DNA of 64,000 bases, taken from the NCBI GenBank assembly GCA_963724765.1, contig CAVRVY010000001.1:1-64000 (forward strand), given 5' to 3'. Under the pieces are notes generated by a model. That model saw nothing but the letters and a program-made list of their open reading frames with translations, made no database searches and was not told the origin of the DNA. The position numbers and the translations under genes are program-made. Of the stretch, positions 62,705-64,000 are shown one piece after another. The first letter of the stretch is position 1. Every line of letters begins with the position of its first letter. The DNA comes from an uncultured delta proteobacterium. Lineage in GTDB: Bacteria; Desulfobacterota; Binatia; Binatales; Binataceae.

Positions 62705-64000
62705 TCAAAGCCATGCCGCGCGGGACAAGCCTGACCAAACGGCGGACCTTGACTTTCTGCTTGCTTCTGCGTCGGCGACTATTTCTCGTATAAACGGCTC
62801 GGGAGCGTTCGCGAAGCGAGCGATCAGGTCGTCGTAGACTGCGCGCTCTTCTTCGCTCCGGCCGAGCTCTCCCAGGGTGATGCTCGTGTTGAATAGCGCC
62901 TTGGCCACCTGCTCGCGCAGAGCCGGCTCCGTTGCGCTGCCAAAGCGCACGATTACATCGTCGTAGAGGGCGATTCCCTGTTGGGTCCGGCCGAGCTGCC
63001 CCAAAGTGACCCCCTTGTCGACCAGCGCGTTGGCCACCGCTCCGCGCAGCGCTGGCTCCGCTGCGTTGCCGAAGCGCGCGATTACGTGGTCGTAGACGGC
63101 AATCGCCTCCTCGTCGTGGCCAAGCAAAGCGAGGGCCGCCCCTTTATCGATGAGTGCAGCGGCGACAAATTCGAGCAGCGGCAGTTCGGCAGAGGAGCCG
63201 AACCGGGCAACGAGGTCATCGTACACCGCGAGCGCATCACCTCTGCGATCGAGTGCATCGAGCGCGCCTCCCTTGCTAATGAGAGCAGCTGCAAGTTGCA
63301 CGCGCAGCGGCGTCTCAGGAGCCGTTCCAAAGTGAGCCAGAACCGCGTCGAAGAGCGGTATCGCGTCTTCGCTCTGATGGAGATCGTTGAGCGCGCTCCC
63401 CTTACCGACAAGGGTTCCGGCAACCTCTTCACGCATCCAGAGCTCAGTCGCCGAGCCGAAGCGAGAAAGCATGTCTCCGTAGACTGAGACCCCCTCCTCA
63501 ACCCGGTCGAGCGCAACGAGCAGCCCCCCCTTCCTGAGAAGCGCCACCATGATCGGCTTGCGCAGATGCGTTTCTGCAGACGAGCCGAATCGGGCCAGGA
63601 AATCATTAAAGGTCGCGAGAGCCTCCGTATAACGGCCGAGCGCAACGAGCACGTTGCCTTTGTTGATTAGCGCCTTGGCGATCTGCTCGCGCAGCGGCAG
63701 CTCGTCAGAGGAGCCGAACCTCGCCAGCACGTCGTCATAGACCTCAATTGCACTTTCACTAAAGCCGAGTCCGAGACCCTTGTTTACGAGCGCCCGGGCA
63801 ACCCGTTCGCGCAGCGAGAGCTCGGTCGCAGAGCCGAACCTAGTAACGACATCGTCATACGCCAGGCGCCCCTCATCAGGACGACCGAGCGCGCATAGGT
63901 TGTGTCCCTTGTTATCAAGGGCCATCGCGACCAATTCGCGAAGCGGCAGTTCGGTAGAGGAGCCGAACCTCGCCAGCACGTCGTCGTAGGCGGCGATTGC
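62705..64000 (-). CDS. Tetratricopeptide-like repeat protein (about 45-aa units), 5'-partial
   Basis: Repeats of A.AL.NKG..L..LGR.EEA.AVYD...ARFG.A.E..LRE. Confidence 0.88.
   Translation of the reverse strand, partial: AIAAYDDVLARFGSSTELPLRELVAMALDNKGHNLCALGRPDEGRLAYDDVVTRFGSATELSLRERVARALVNKGLGLGFSESAIEVYDDVLARFGSSDELPLREQIAKALINKGNVLVALGRYTEALATFNDFLARFGSSAETHLRKPIMVALLRKGGLLVALDRVEEGVSVYGDMLSRFGSATELWMREEVAGTLVGKGSALNDLHQSEDAIPLFDAVLAHFGTAPETPLRVQLAAALISKGGALDALDRRGDALAVYDDLVARFGSSAELPLLEFVAAALIDKGAALALLGHDEEAIAVYDHVIARFGNAAEPALRGAVANALVDKGVTLGQLGRTQQGIALYDDVIVRFGSATEPALREQVAKALFNTSITLGELGRSEEERAVYDDLIARFANAPEPFIREIVADAEASRKSRSAVWSGLSRAAWL

Overview
GC-rich bacterial accessory region in three blocks; no rRNA, tRNA or CRISPR array was seen. 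(1) About 3.7-25.1 kb is a nitric-oxide/nitrite response island. It holds an Rrf2 regulator (NsrR) and two clear 11-1-11 NsrR boxes. One box precedes an operon with five hemerythrin-like proteins, DUF2249 domains, a SufT-like protein, two ferredoxins and an NnrS-like protein. The other precedes an operon with a cupredoxin, copper nitrite reductase NirK, DUF488 and AlkA. pdhABC lies between the two operons. (2) About 25.3-48.3 kb is a decaying sugar/fermentation and redox patchwork: ackA, glk, a sugar porter, OprB, GH79, NDH-2 and cardiolipin synthase. It also shows a deletion scar joining a DNA base-hypermodification gene to a phosphoketolase tail, a 48-bp direct repeat at the glk start, and a low-GC insert. 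(3) About 48.6-64 kb is a defence island. It carries an intact, catalytically inactive long prokaryotic Argonaute paired with a SIR2 NADase-like gene, an IS3-truncated DISARM drmC, an AbiE pair whose toxin has an extra WYL domain and a Cys/His tail, a Hachiman-like nuclease plus Ski2-type helicase, and a TPR protein. Many single-base frameshifts could be long-read errors or real decay. All calls come from reading motifs by eye; no searches were run.
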